Both the position numbers and the translations under genes were made by a program. 64,000 nucleotides of DNA, from assembly GCA_965222115.1 (NCBI GenBank), contig CBDCTJ010000003.1, forward strand, positions 352,001-416,000. Direction: 5' to 3'. Of this stretch, positions 39,573-49,952 are shown in pieces. The notes beneath the pieces were generated by a model. It had not been told where the DNA came from. It saw only the letters and a program-made list of their open reading frames with translations, and did no database searches. This DNA is from Planctomycetota bacterium. GTDB lineage: Bacteria; Planctomycetota; PLA2; JAEUHO01. Within the stretch, counting starts at the first letter, position 1; every line of letters begins with the position of its first letter.

Positions 39573-42500
39573 CTATCGCCGCGTCGACGGTGCCGTGAGC
39601 AACTCGGAAAAGACCTCTTGCGCCGCCGGCGACGTGGATGCAATCTTTCTTGCCGCGTCGATGGCCGCGTCTCGGTGTTCCGGTCGCCGGTACAACTCGA
39701 GGATGCGGCGCCTCACCGCAAGTCGATCATCGCCAATAGTGCCGAGCGCGCGCAACGAGGCGTCCGTTTCTCGACCGGCGTCAAGCAGCGAGAGAATCTC
39801 GGGAACCGCGGACACTGCCTTACTGCCCAAGGACGCTAGAACGTCCAACACCTTGCGACGCAGACGCGGCCGCGCAAGTGCCTGGATCAACGCTTCCACG
39901 TCGGACTGCGTAAGGTCGCGGTAGCGCCGCAGGGCCTGCGCTGCGTTTTCAGCAACCATGGCGTCCTCATGCTTGAGGAGGTTCAAGAATACGGGCCGCG
40001 CCTCGGAAAGCGCTGCGGCCGCCGCAATGGCGATCGCTGCGCTGCGACGACCCCACTGCGCGTTCTCCAATAACGGCACTACACGCCGGGCGTCTTCGGT
40101 GTCCCATGACTCAACACGAGCGAGATCTCCGTCCAACGCGAGCCCTACCTTGAATGGCTTCCCCTCAACCACGACGGTGGAAATCAACGGCTGCAGGCAT
40201 GGGTACGCAGCGAGTACATCGGGAAGATAGGACGCCGCCGCATCACCGACGCGAATACCCTCGTGATTCAAAAGGTCCAATAGCGATTCGACATCGTTTG
40301 CGGTAAAGGAACCTGCCTTCTTAGCAACGGCAAGTTGTTCGATCTGATCCCGGACCGACACGGCCTGCTTGGGTTGCTTTCCTTTGGGTTTGCGATCGCT
40401 CGCCTGGACGGACGTGTCTTTGAGTGCCACAATGCGCTTGGCAATGCTCCCCGGCAGACCACGTTCTTTCGTCAAAGTCCTCACGCGGGGCATCACACCG
40501 TCAATCGCACCATTGAAGGGCAGCAGCGCGAGCATCGAGATCGCCTTGACTTGTCCGTTCGCGTCCCCGACCAACGACGACAGGCGTTCAATCGTTGTGG
40601 CATCACGGGGAAAAAACGCGAGCGCCAGAGCCGCCATGCCCCGCTTTGGAGCTTCGGTCGCCTTGGTCCGGCGGAGCAACATCGCACGCGCATCGTTTCG
40701 AAGCGGGTCCCTCGAAACTTCGTTTCGATACGCGACGAGTTCATCCGACGTCCAAGCTCTGTCTATATTGATGTCCCTCAAGTCGGGTGCGGCGCGAGCA
40801 AAGAAGAAGATTCCGCCATCTTGGAGCGCTTCTTCCTGCGACGCAATGGCAGCAAGCACGCATGGCACAGCGCGAGGTCCCAGCGCATCAAGTACGTACA
40901 GGCCCTGGCGCACGGACTTGCGCTTACCCGACTTGAATAGGGAATGCACCAGTGTGCTCAAGGACGCGGGCGCAGGCTGTTTCGACGCGCGGGCCCACCG
41001 GACAGCAAGCGCTACCCGGGCGTGGGTCGGTCCGTTGCCACCGATGAACAGCAGCAGTTCGTCTGCACTCATGCTCTCAGCAAGCGCATCCACCGCGGCA
41101 CCGGACACTTGAGGTTCACGGTCCGCCATTTTCTCCGTAATGAGGCGTCGCGTTGCATCGTCAAATGGACCCATCTTGGACAATGCGCGAATCGACGCCG
41201 CCGCGGTAGACGCATCGCCGCGCTCAATGGCGCGTCGAAGTGCGGACGCTACCTCCGCGCTGACGGGCCCAATTCGGGCAAGGGTACGAGCGGCACGAGC
41301 CCCTTCCTTTCCAGAGAGATCACGTATCAACTGCCGGACAAGCGCCTGACTGGGATTGCCAATCGAAATCAACGCCGTTCGCGCCGATTGGCCGATCTTT
41401 GTAGATCCGCGTCCCATTCGATCCTCAAGGGCCGCGACGAGTTCCGGCGTGGATACCCGCAGTCGCGCGGCGGCATCTACACAAATGCGTACGACATTAC
41501 CGTCCCGCATGCGAATCCCTTCAACAAGTTGAGGTATCGCGTCGCGAACATGGCGCCCCATGCTGACCAAGGCGGCGGCGGACAATGCACGTACGTATTC
41601 ATCCTTGGAATTCAGCATGCGCCGCAACGTGGGTGCGGCCTCAATCGCGTCCTCCCCGAGCTCGACGAGCTTCTTTGCGGCGGCGGCACGCACCATCCAA
41701 CTCCCGCGCTCAAGCGCAAGGGCGAATCCCTTCACCGTCTTCTTGCCCATGAAGTTCAAGAGTCGCATGGCCTGTCGAACGGTTCCGATGCGGCTGGTTG
41801 GCGAGATGACGGAGAGAATCTCCGCAACGGAGCGCGGCCCCAGTTCATTGAGGGTGTTTACAACCGTCATGATGAACGACGGATCTCGATGATCGAGCAA
41901 TCGTATGACATCCGGAATCGCATGGTGCCCCTTGCGCCCCATGGTCCTCAACGCTCGAAGAACGCCTTCAAGCGTCTTCTGATTGCGATTTCGCAGCAAG
42001 GTTCGAAGCCCGGGCACAGCATCCTCGCCAAAGGAACCGATGAGCTCGTGGAGGGTGTAGTTGCTCTCGCGTTCATTTCGAAGCGCGCGCAGCATCGCGG
42101 GCAGAGACGGTTTGGCAGCGTCGCCAAGTGCCTTGTAGGCCGTCGCTGCTGCATAGGAAGTCTCGCGTTGCTGAATCAATGCGTCGAGCTTGGGGAGCAC
42201 GCGTGCTGTGGCTTGTTTCATAGCACCGAAGGCAATCACGGCGTCGCTGCGAACATCAGACGACGCCGTACGCTCGACAATCTTCGTCACAGCGTCGAAG
42301 GCGCTACTCGCGTCTGTCTGCGAGTCGTGCATAGCGCGGAGGGCAACGCGCACGGCAGATTCGTTATCAGACGTGAGCACGCCCGACAGAATGGGCATGG
42401 CCTGCGACCCCATCCGCCGCAGGGCGGTTGCGAGCCCATCGCGATTCTTGTCGGTCGCTGTGTCCATCGCGGCGCGAAGCCCTGATAACGATTGTTCTGG

Positions 42501-42965
42501 TGTCGAAGCCAATGCGTTGGCGGCTCGACGTGCCACGTACCAATGATCGTCACTCAGGAGCTCAATGAGACGCTCCACGGAGTCCGGCGTGTTCGAACGC
42601 AGGTGAGCAAGCGCGCCCGCTGCCTCGGCGCGCACCCAGGCAGAGTCGTCGTCGAGCGCCACTGCAAGACGATCGCGTACTTCGCGGCTTCGGAATGCGT
42701 CTTGGCCGAGGGCGGCGGCAGCGCAGGCGCGCGTTTCGGCGACGTCGCTTGCGAGATCGCCAAGGAGCTTGGCGGCATCCGCCGCGGAAACGTCCCGATT
42801 GGGCGTGGCGTTGGCGCCCATCAGGATTCCATCGCCGCCACGCGTGAGAAGGGCGATTCCAACGACGACGGCTAGCGCAAGCGCCGTCAGACCAAGAACG
42901 CGTGGTGGACTCATAGAACGGCTGCTGGCGTTTGCTCGCACGTCGGATTGTTGTGAGTGATGCAT
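39573..42965 (-). CDS. Large membrane-anchored HEAT-repeat protein
   Basis: N-terminal TM followed by many PBS-lyase/HEAT-like units (VRAEAAGAL, VARRAANAL, VRAAAAKKL, VRALSAAAL); start uncertain. Confidence 0.85.
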   Translation of the reverse strand: MHHSQQSDVRANASSRSMSPPRVLGLTALALAVVVGIALLTRGGDGILMGANATPNRDVSAADAAKLLGDLASDVAETRACAAAALGQDAFRSREVRDRLAVALDDDSAWVRAEAAGALAHLRSNTPDSVERLIELLSDDHWYVARRAANALASTPEQSLSGLRAAMDTATDKNRDGLATALRRMGSQAMPILSGVLTSDNESAVRVALRAMHDSQTDASSAFDAVTKIVERTASSDVRSDAVIAFGAMKQATARVLPKLDALIQQRETSYAAATAYKALGDAAKPSLPAMLRALRNERESNYTLHELIGSFGEDAVPGLRTLLRNRNQKTLEGVLRALRTMGRKGHHAIPDVIRLLDHRDPSFIMTVVNTLNELGPRSVAEILSVISPTSRIGTVRQAMRLLNFMGKKTVKGFALALERGSWMVRAAAAKKLVELGEDAIEAAPTLRRMLNSKDEYVRALSAAALVSMGRHVRDAIPQLVEGIRMRDGNVVRICVDAAARLRVSTPELVAALEDRMGRGSTKIGQSARTALISIGNPSQALVRQLIRDLSGKEGARAARTLARIGPVSAEVASALRRAIERGDASTAAASIRALSKMGPFDDATRRLITEKMADREPQVSGAAVDALAESMSADELLLFIGGNGPTHARVALAVRWARASKQPAPASLSTLVHSLFKSGKRKSVRQGLYVLDALGPRAVPCVLAAIASQEEALQDGGIFFFARAAPDLRDINIDRAWTSDELVAYRNEVSRDPLRNDARAMLLRRTKATEAPKRGMAALALAFFPRDATTIERLSSLVGDANGQVKAISMLALLPFNGAIDGVMPRVRTLTKERGLPGSIAKRIVALKDTSVQASDRKPKGKQPKQAVSVRDQIEQLAVAKKAGSFTANDVESLLDLLNHEGIRVGDAAASYLPDVLAAYPCLQPLISTVVVEGKPFKVGLALDGDLARVESWDTEDARRVVPLLENAQWGRRSAAIAIAAAAALSEARPVFLNLLKHEDAMVAENAAQALRRYRDLTQSDVEALIQALARPRLRRKVLDVLASLGSKAVSAVPEILSLLDAGRETDASLRALGTIGDDRLAVRRRILELYRRPEHRDAAIDAARKIASTSPAAQEVFSELLTAPSTRR

Positions 42966-43058
42966 GGTCTCTCCTGGGGGGCTACCCAAGAGAGCGGATT
43001 CGCGAAACGGTTGCTACGTAGCGGGGTGATTTTTGTGATCTGCGCTACGCTGCGGTCC

Positions 43059-43697
43059 ATGAATGGCGAAGGCACGGATCCTCACACGCGCTCAAGCAAC
43101 CAAGATTTGACACAAACACTGGCCTTGGTGAGAAGGGCGCAGGACGCCGACGCAATTGCTCGCGAGCAACTCTTCGTTCACATTCGACCCCGTCTGGAGG
43201 CGTGGATCGCGAGCCGCGTGGGGCCCCGCCTGCGAACGCGCCTCGATGTCGAGGATTTGTTCCAAGAGATCTGCATGAGCGCCCACACGGCCCTCGACAG
43301 CTTTTCGCCGGATGGCAATGAGGCCGCATTTTGGCGTTGGATAACGACCATTGCCCATAACCGCATCCGCGACGCGCACCGCTACCATGTGGGCGCCCAG
43401 AAACGCAGCGCAGAGGCCGAACAGCGGCTCGAACACCAGTTAACGAGTTCGTGGACGTCGCCGAGCTTGCGCGCCGTTCGTCGAGACCAACATGAACGTC
43501 TGTTGTTGGCCATTGCACGTCTCGATGAACCGCATCGCGACGTCTTGCGCGTCGTCGAGTTCGAACACCATAGCTACAAAGAGGCAGCGTCGATCTTGGG
43601 CATCTCGGCCTCCAATGTGAGTGCTCGTTTGACGCGCGCCCGCACAAAACTCGGCGAGTTGATACGCAAGTCGCCCGACGACTGGACGCGTGCATAG
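43059..43697 (+). CDS. ECF (sigma-70 family) RNA polymerase sigma factor
   Basis: Region 2 DVEDLFQE...FWRWITTIAHNRIRD; region 4 SYKEAASILGIS...VSARLTRAR; linker WTSPS. Confidence 0.93.
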   Translation: MNGEGTDPHTRSSNQDLTQTLALVRRAQDADAIAREQLFVHIRPRLEAWIASRVGPRLRTRLDVEDLFQEICMSAHTALDSFSPDGNEAAFWRWITTIAHNRIRDAHRYHVGAQKRSAEAEQRLEHQLTSSWTSPSLRAVRRDQHERLLLAIARLDEPHRDVLRVVEFEHHSYKEAASILGISASNVSARLTRARTKLGELIRKSPDDWTRA

Positions 43698-46240
43698 TGA
43701 CACTTGGCGATAGCGATCATGATGCCCCCGAGCGGATCCTTCATGAGTTCTTAGAGACTCACGGGCTCCGCGATGACGACGCGTGGCACGCGCTCTTGAC
43801 GTCGCATCCGCAACACGCCGATGCACTTAAGCAACTTGGCGATGCGCTGCGTGCCGCGGACGACGCGCTGGAGGGTTTGCGTGCTCCATTGAACACAGTG
43901 CGCGAGGATCCCGACGCGGCACTGCTCGATGCGTTCGCAGGCGATGTGCCGGACCACGCGGCCACATTCGAAGAGGTCGCGAGCATGACAAGGGAAGCGC
44001 ATCATGGGGTCGCATCCGGGCCCCATGCTTCGCACACATTGGAACGCTGCCCTCGATCCATGGAGGAGCGCGCGTTTCTCGAACAAACACGAACCATTGC
44101 ACGCCTGCAGCATCCGTCCATTGCGCCCGTCCACGATCTTGTGCGCGACGAGGACGGACGCCTTGCCCGTCTGAGATCCTTTCCGCCATCAACGTCTCTT
44201 CACGAGTTGCTGAAGGATTCGAAGAGGGAATTGCGCTTTGATCGACGGCGCCTCATCGAAATCCTGTCGAAATGCGCGCGTGTTCTCGCGTTTGCTCATG
44301 AACACGGAGTTGCACACGGTCATCTTGATACGGACAACATCGCCGCGGGCGCCGGTGGGGAACCCTACGTGTTGGGGTGGCAGAATGCCATCGCCCAAGG
44401 TGAACCCGATTATCCCGCTGCGGCGCGCGCAGATATGTCCGCAATTGGTACATTGATCCAAGCCGTAACTTCACGTTTCGGGACAAACGACGCACTGGAC
44501 GCCATTGCGGACGCGTGTGGCGACGGTACGACGTACGCGCGAGCCACGGGCATCGCGGATGACTTAGACGCGTATCGTGAACACCGTCCCCTCAAGGCCT
44601 CGCCCCCTACGGCATGGCGACGACTGGTTCTTACGGCACGACGACACCCGGCCATTGCTACAGCCGTAGGCGCCACGTTGCTTGCAGGTGCGGGTCTGCT
44701 GATGACTCATCTCATTGAGATGAGTCAGGAGATCAAGGCTGCGCAAATAGCTCAGCTGGCAGCACGGAATGAAACCGTGATCGCTGAAGAGAAATCTGAC
44801 TTGGCGCTTGCCCTTGCGCTTGAGCAAGAGGCGCCAACCCTATGGCCGCCGGATCCCGGTACGCTGCCAAAGTACAATGCATGGCTTGAAGACTGCGCAA
44901 GACTTGAGTCGCGTGTGCCCCTGCTACGTTCACGATTGAATCAAGCGCCCAAGGTGGCGACGCGGTCATTCGATACGAGCCAACCTCTACCCCGCACCCG
45001 TTCCATCCACCGCGCCGTACGCAGAATCTCAGTCTGCGAGAATGACATTCGCACGTTAACACTGACACTCAACGCGACGAAGGCGTCTACCGAAGACAAG
45101 CCGATTCGCAAGGCGATCGCGCACGAACTTGAGGAACGAAAGCAGAGGCGTGCAGAGTTGAAAAATGAGCTACGCGCCGCACAGATTCGCGCGCGCGTCG
45201 ATCGAGACGATCGATGGGCGCGTATTGCCTCCATCATCTACCGCATTGAACGTCTAACGCGTGGCGAGCGCTCCGCCAAACGGGTCATTGACGCCCGCCG
45301 CGACCTTGCTGAGAACGTTGCACGTCGCTATGAAAAACCAAGCGACGCATGGCGTCTTGCACAAGACCAGATTCGAGCCGACGCGCGATTCGGCATGTTG
45401 ATCGACGTCCAGCCCGACCTCGTTCCATTGGGCATGGATCGCGCGTCACGCCTCCAAGAATTCGCGTTCTTGCCATCGGGGTCGATTCCGCGGCGCGATG
45501 CAAATGGAGACCTACACTACAAAGACGATGCAGCAATCGTTTTCGTGCTGATTCCGGGCGGTACAACGTGGATTGGCGCACAGTCAGAGAACCCGAAGGG
45601 TAGGAATTACGATCCACAGGCAGTTCCTAACGAAGGGCCGCCTCATGAAGCGCCCATCGATCCCATCTTTATCGCCAAGCATGAGTGTACGGCCGCGCAA
45701 TGGAATCGGCTTCGCTCGCGCTGCCTCCCCATCGACGAAGAGCGCGAGATAGAGAAGACGATCGGTGAGGCTGCGCCGCGAGAGCCCCGTCGAAATCGCG
45801 AGCACACCGCAGTCAAAGAGATGTTGTCGCGCTACGCACTCCGAATGCCCTACGAGTGGGAGTGGGAGCATGCGGCCCGCGCGGGTGGAACGGGTCTCTG
45901 GCCCTGGCCCGGCGACGCCACGCACGCGCCGAGATACACGCAAGTCGGTAGCGGCGCCGTCTTGGCCGAAGTGGGACTGTATGCGCCAAATGGTTTCGGA
46001 CTCCACGATTTGGGAGGCAACGCTGCGGAGCTGATGGAAGGCTATGGGGGAGCATACGAATCGATCTTCTTCGTACGCCGATGGATATCGAACACACGCA
46101 CAGTTCGTGGTCGGTACCTCGGTCGGCCCATTGAGCACGCCCGCGTCACGCATCGCTGGGATGTGCCAATCACATTCTCTTCACCGTGGCTGGGGTTTCG
46201 ACCCGCGCGACCCGTGTATCGGCTGAAGAAGTACCCGTGA
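43697..46240 (+). CDS. Pseudokinase + TM + coiled coil + FGE-sulfatase-fold receptor
   Basis: Kinase remnants (FLEQTRTIARLQHPSIAPVHD, LAFAHEHGVAHGHLDTDNI, YVLGW) without catalytic motifs; TM; FGE-fold RMPYEWEWEHAARAG, PNGFGLHDLGGN, LGFRPAR; GTG overlaps the sigma TAG. Confidence 0.8.
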   Translation: MTLGDSDHDAPERILHEFLETHGLRDDDAWHALLTSHPQHADALKQLGDALRAADDALEGLRAPLNTVREDPDAALLDAFAGDVPDHAATFEEVASMTREAHHGVASGPHASHTLERCPRSMEERAFLEQTRTIARLQHPSIAPVHDLVRDEDGRLARLRSFPPSTSLHELLKDSKRELRFDRRRLIEILSKCARVLAFAHEHGVAHGHLDTDNIAAGAGGEPYVLGWQNAIAQGEPDYPAAARADMSAIGTLIQAVTSRFGTNDALDAIADACGDGTTYARATGIADDLDAYREHRPLKASPPTAWRRLVLTARRHPAIATAVGATLLAGAGLLMTHLIEMSQEIKAAQIAQLAARNETVIAEEKSDLALALALEQEAPTLWPPDPGTLPKYNAWLEDCARLESRVPLLRSRLNQAPKVATRSFDTSQPLPRTRSIHRAVRRISVCENDIRTLTLTLNATKASTEDKPIRKAIAHELEERKQRRAELKNELRAAQIRARVDRDDRWARIASIIYRIERLTRGERSAKRVIDARRDLAENVARRYEKPSDAWRLAQDQIRADARFGMLIDVQPDLVPLGMDRASRLQEFAFLPSGSIPRRDANGDLHYKDDAAIVFVLIPGGTTWIGAQSENPKGRNYDPQAVPNEGPPHEAPIDPIFIAKHECTAAQWNRLRSRCLPIDEEREIEKTIGEAAPREPRRNREHTAVKEMLSRYALRMPYEWEWEHAARAGGTGLWPWPGDATHAPRYTQVGSGAVLAEVGLYAPNGFGLHDLGGNAAELMEGYGGAYESIFFVRRWISNTRTVRGRYLGRPIEHARVTHRWDVPITFSSPWLGFRPARPVYRLKKYP

Positions 46241-48867
46241 GGCGTCCGTCGATGTCGCAGGAATCAGTACTCAGATATCGCTTCGTCGAACCACTCGGCC
46301 GTGGCGGCATGGGCGTTGTAGTGAAGTCGTGGGATCGCTACTTGGATCGAGCGGTTGCCGTGAAACTGCTGCGCGCTCGACCGGGAGCCACTCCCGTCGA
46401 TGACGAGTGCATTGCTCGATTTTCGCGTGAATCTAGTATCGGAGCGTCGTTGTCGCATGGCGGCATTGTGCCCATCTACGAGGTCGGAACCACAGAGAGC
46501 GGCACGCGGTTCTTTACGATGCCCGTGATCCAGGGTGACGAACTCAAAGCCCTCATTCGCCGCGCCCATGAGCCGCCTCGTACGCCACGTCAACGCAGAC
46601 GAGTGATTCAGCACATTGTGGAGGCGTGTGACATCGTTCACTACGCACACACGCAAGGAGTCATTCACCGCGATCTCAAGCCTTCCAACATCATGGTGGA
46701 TGAGGTCGGTCGCGTCTATGTCGTAGATTGGGGAGTAGCGAGGGGATTGGGAGAGCCGGAGGAGCAGGCAAGCCCCGTTGAACGCGCTTCGCACGAGCGA
46801 TCGACCGAAACGCTTGTTACCGAAGATGGATGCGCCCTTGGAACACCCTCCTACATGCCTCCCGAGCAAGCACTCGGCGAATCCGTGACGCCCCAAGCCG
46901 ACGTCTACGCGCTGGGCGCCGTGCTGTATCACGCCCTGACCAACCGAATGCCCTATCGAGATCCAACGCGACCAACGACGCAAGGCGAGATTCTGGGCAA
47001 ACTGATCAAAGGGCCGCCAACCGACATATGGGAACTTGCGCCGGACACGCCAAAGGCATTGGTTCAAATCGTCGAATTGGCTATGGCGCGTGAGCCGACC
47101 GGTCGCTACGGCAGTGCCGCGGCCATGGCCGGAGACTTGCGAGCGTACTTGGAAGGGCTTCCCGTTGCTGCGGCACGACCCTCGATTTGGCGCCGAACGA
47201 AGCTCATGGCTCGTCGGCATCGTACGGTCGCAGGCGCAGTCATGGGCGGGGCGATAGTACTCGGGCTTCTCTGGCTGGTGCTTGGCACTGTGCTTGACAA
47301 CGCGCAACGTCGGTCAGCCACTGCACAGGTTCGGCTGGCACGGGCAATCGACAGAGAGAAAGAATCGGCGATTCTGTCAAGCGCCAACGCACTCCGCGCG
47401 AGTTTAGACGAGTGTATCCCACTCTCGAAGGTGCACCTCACGGCATTGCGTGAACTCAAGGACAGGGCCAAAGCGGTCAACGAACGTAGAAGACCCTATG
47501 CGGAAGAACTCGAAACCCTCAAGGCAACGTCGCTCCCGCTCGATGCCGCGCAACGGAATTGGCACAATCGCGCGGACGTTGAAGACGCTCGCTTGGAGTC
47601 AATGTACGTGTCCTGGGTTCGGACGGAATATGACAAGATGCACGAAGAGGGAGTGATCGACCCCCGCATTGAGGAACTATTCTCAAAGACTCCTATTGAG
47701 CGATACGAGGAGGGCGTTGTCGCTCGGGCAGCCGACCTGAAAGCGAAACGCAGCGTATGGCGCTATGCTTTACCGCGTGACGGAGTGAGGCATCGCCAGC
47801 TTGAAGGGGCCCTCCGTCCCGACATAAGCAAAATCATGGCGGATATCCAACTGAGCATTGCTCGAATTAATGAACGAAAACGCGCAATGCCGGAGACCTC
47901 AACAAGCCGTTGGCGAACATGCCGGGCGAGCATTCGTAGCAACACTCGATATCGTGGTATCGAAATCCCCATACAAGAGAGTCTTTTCCCTTTAGGCGCC
48001 GATCCAAGCTCAGGATTGCATGAATTCGTGGATGTTTCGACAGGCAGTGTTCCGAAGCGGAACGAAGAGGGATCGCTGGTTCTTGAAGACGATACGGGGA
48101 TTGTGTTCGTCTTGGTCCCCGGCGCCGCGCGTACTGACGTTGGCGTATCGCGCCAAATCTGGGAAAGCAAGCTGGGCTCAGTCTCCCACGTAGGCCCGTT
48201 GCGTCCTGTCGCCATCGAGCCCTTCTTTCTTGCCAAGGGTGAGTGCACGATAGCTCAGTGGGAACGAATGGGTGGAGAGCTTGGCATGCGTTGGGAAGAG
48301 ATGCAGGAACCTCGCTGTGGGACCAATATCACAAAGCGATTCCCCATGTGCCATGTCTCATTCAATGGCATACAGCGCGCCTTGGAAACGTTTGGCATGC
48401 GTTTGCCCACGGCACACGAGTGGGAATATGCCGCGCGAGCGGGCATGCAGTCCCTCTACCCGGGTGGAGAATCGCATCATGCATTGAAGGGCGCCGCCAA
48501 TGTCGCGGACCAGTCCTTTGCAGAATGCCACAAGGAGGAGTCCAATCGAATCAGCGAGTCGCTCGCTAACTGGAATGACGGGTACGGCGCCGAGTCGCCC
48601 GGTGGGTCGTTTCTTCCAAATGCGTTCGGCCTACACGACATGATTGGGAACGTCGAGGAGTGGGCGTCTGCTGAATGCACATTGTTTACATGGCCAAGTG
48701 GGTCCACGGATTGGTCTACGCTTCCGAAATCGTGGGGCGTTGTCCGAGGCTCAAGTTGGTACTATCCGCCTAATCATGGGTATTTCGCAGCCCAGCGCAT
48801 CGAGCCCCCAAACACCTACCTCATGCAACTCGGCTTCCGCGCTGCGCGCAGCATTGACTGGAAGTAG
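46237..48867 (+). CDS. Ser/Thr protein kinase + TM + FGE-sulfatase-fold receptor
   Basis: LGRGGMGVV, VAVK, HRDLKPSN, DWG, GTPSYMPPEQ, DVYALG; TM; RLPTAHEWEYAARAG, PNAFGLHDMIGNVEEW, LGFRAAR; GTGA overlap at 46237 (alternative ATG 46252). Confidence 0.92.
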   Translation: MRRPSMSQESVLRYRFVEPLGRGGMGVVVKSWDRYLDRAVAVKLLRARPGATPVDDECIARFSRESSIGASLSHGGIVPIYEVGTTESGTRFFTMPVIQGDELKALIRRAHEPPRTPRQRRRVIQHIVEACDIVHYAHTQGVIHRDLKPSNIMVDEVGRVYVVDWGVARGLGEPEEQASPVERASHERSTETLVTEDGCALGTPSYMPPEQALGESVTPQADVYALGAVLYHALTNRMPYRDPTRPTTQGEILGKLIKGPPTDIWELAPDTPKALVQIVELAMAREPTGRYGSAAAMAGDLRAYLEGLPVAAARPSIWRRTKLMARRHRTVAGAVMGGAIVLGLLWLVLGTVLDNAQRRSATAQVRLARAIDREKESAILSSANALRASLDECIPLSKVHLTALRELKDRAKAVNERRRPYAEELETLKATSLPLDAAQRNWHNRADVEDARLESMYVSWVRTEYDKMHEEGVIDPRIEELFSKTPIERYEEGVVARAADLKAKRSVWRYALPRDGVRHRQLEGALRPDISKIMADIQLSIARINERKRAMPETSTSRWRTCRASIRSNTRYRGIEIPIQESLFPLGADPSSGLHEFVDVSTGSVPKRNEEGSLVLEDDTGIVFVLVPGAARTDVGVSRQIWESKLGSVSHVGPLRPVAIEPFFLAKGECTIAQWERMGGELGMRWEEMQEPRCGTNITKRFPMCHVSFNGIQRALETFGMRLPTAHEWEYAARAGMQSLYPGGESHHALKGAANVADQSFAECHKEESNRISESLANWNDGYGAESPGGSFLPNAFGLHDMIGNVEEWASAECTLFTWPSGSTDWSTLPKSWGVVRGSSWYYPPNHGYFAAQRIEPPNTYLMQLGFRAARSIDWK

Positions 48868-48873
48868 CGATGG

Positions 48874-49416
48874 CTATGTGCCTTTCGTTTTCGCATCATC
48901 GGACTTTAGGATGTCCAACACGTCAGAGAGTGAGCGCTTGGAGTCAAAGAACTCGGGAATGAAGCGGCGCACTGCCGATGCCTGTCCCTCACTCATTGAT
49001 TCGCGAGCAATCTTCAGAACCAACTCGTTCGCCTTGTGGAGTGCCTTGTAGCGCCGCGATCGAATCTGCGCCAATCGAAGTTCGCCGTACATGCGCGTTT
49101 GGCCCATCACCATGCGATCCGTATTGCGCCGCATGAAGCCAAAGCCGCCAAGTCCCGGAATGATGTTCTCAATGCGATAGGGACTATGGACCGCCGCCAT
49201 GGCGCTCCTTGTTTCGTCGATAACGGCCCGCATGGCCCGTTCGGCACTGTCGGCTTCTGCGAAATGGGCTTTCACCCGTTCGTCTTCGGCCGCCTCGTCG
49301 ATCGCGGTCTGAGCAAGTGCGACAGCTTCGGCACGCGTAGAAGGCGCATCGCCGCAGCCCTGTGCCACGAACGTGACACCGGTGAGCAACACCAGGGAAA
49401 TGAATCGTTGAACCAT
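48874..49416 (-). CDS. Hypothetical helical lipoprotein
   Basis: Signal with lipobox-like VAQGC; RBS GGAGGA. Confidence 0.65.
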   Translation of the reverse strand: MVQRFISLVLLTGVTFVAQGCGDAPSTRAEAVALAQTAIDEAAEDERVKAHFAEADSAERAMRAVIDETRSAMAAVHSPYRIENIIPGLGGFGFMRRNTDRMVMGQTRMYGELRLAQIRSRRYKALHKANELVLKIARESMSEGQASAVRRFIPEFFDSKRSLSDVLDILKSDDAKTKGT

Positions 49417-49472
49417 GATCTGTCCTCCGCTTCCTTGAGCGGATTCGGCCGTCCGTTGCTACAAGAATTCTC

Positions 49473-49514
49473 GGGCATCTTCGTCCCGGGTTTGGGCATC
49501 TTCGCCCCGGGTTA
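49473..49514. repeat. 21-bp tandem duplication
   Basis: gggcatcttcgtcccgggttt / gggcatcttcgccccgggtta, between the two lipoprotein genes. Confidence 0.75.
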
Positions 49515-49952
49515 GTTGGGGCGCAGCCCTCCAGGGGAGGCCAACCGAGCCAGAATTGCGTTGATCTCTCGTCGGCGCGCTGCGTTATTCGTAATCGCCG
49601 GTCGAAATGCATCCACCATCGCGGTCACGCCCGTGCGTTCATTGAGTTTCATCAGTTCTGCGGCGGGCGGGTCGAGTTGATCGAGCAAATGCAGCAGATC
49701 ATTCAAGACGGGCCTGAGCGTGGCAGGATCGACGACGCCGCGTCGCGCCAGCTCGTAGTAGTCGTCCTGCCTCTTGTAAAACGACTTCCCCAGCTTGGCG
49801 TAGACCTCGGACACACGCTCAATCTCGGCTTTCAATGCAAGTGCTTCTGCTTCCGTCTTGGGCGGACCGACTGGCACGTCGGACGACTTGGAGCAGGACG
49901 CAATCACCAAGAGTGCAAGTAGAGTCGCGATTGGCAAGCCGTTGCGTATCAC
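49512..49952 (-). CDS. Hypothetical helical lipoprotein
   Basis: GTG start overlapping the CHAT gene TGA; lipobox-like VIASC. Confidence 0.65.
   Translation of the reverse strand: MIRNGLPIATLLALLVIASCSKSSDVPVGPPKTEAEALALKAEIERVSEVYAKLGKSFYKRQDDYYELARRGVVDPATLRPVLNDLLHLLDQLDPPAAELMKLNERTGVTAMVDAFRPAITNNAARRREINAILARLASPGGLRPN

Noticed and set aside
43697-48867. Diversity-generating retroelement targeting the FGE/C-type-lectin-fold C-termini
   Set aside because: No reverse transcriptase or Avd gene, and no template/variable repeat pair differing at adenines was visible.
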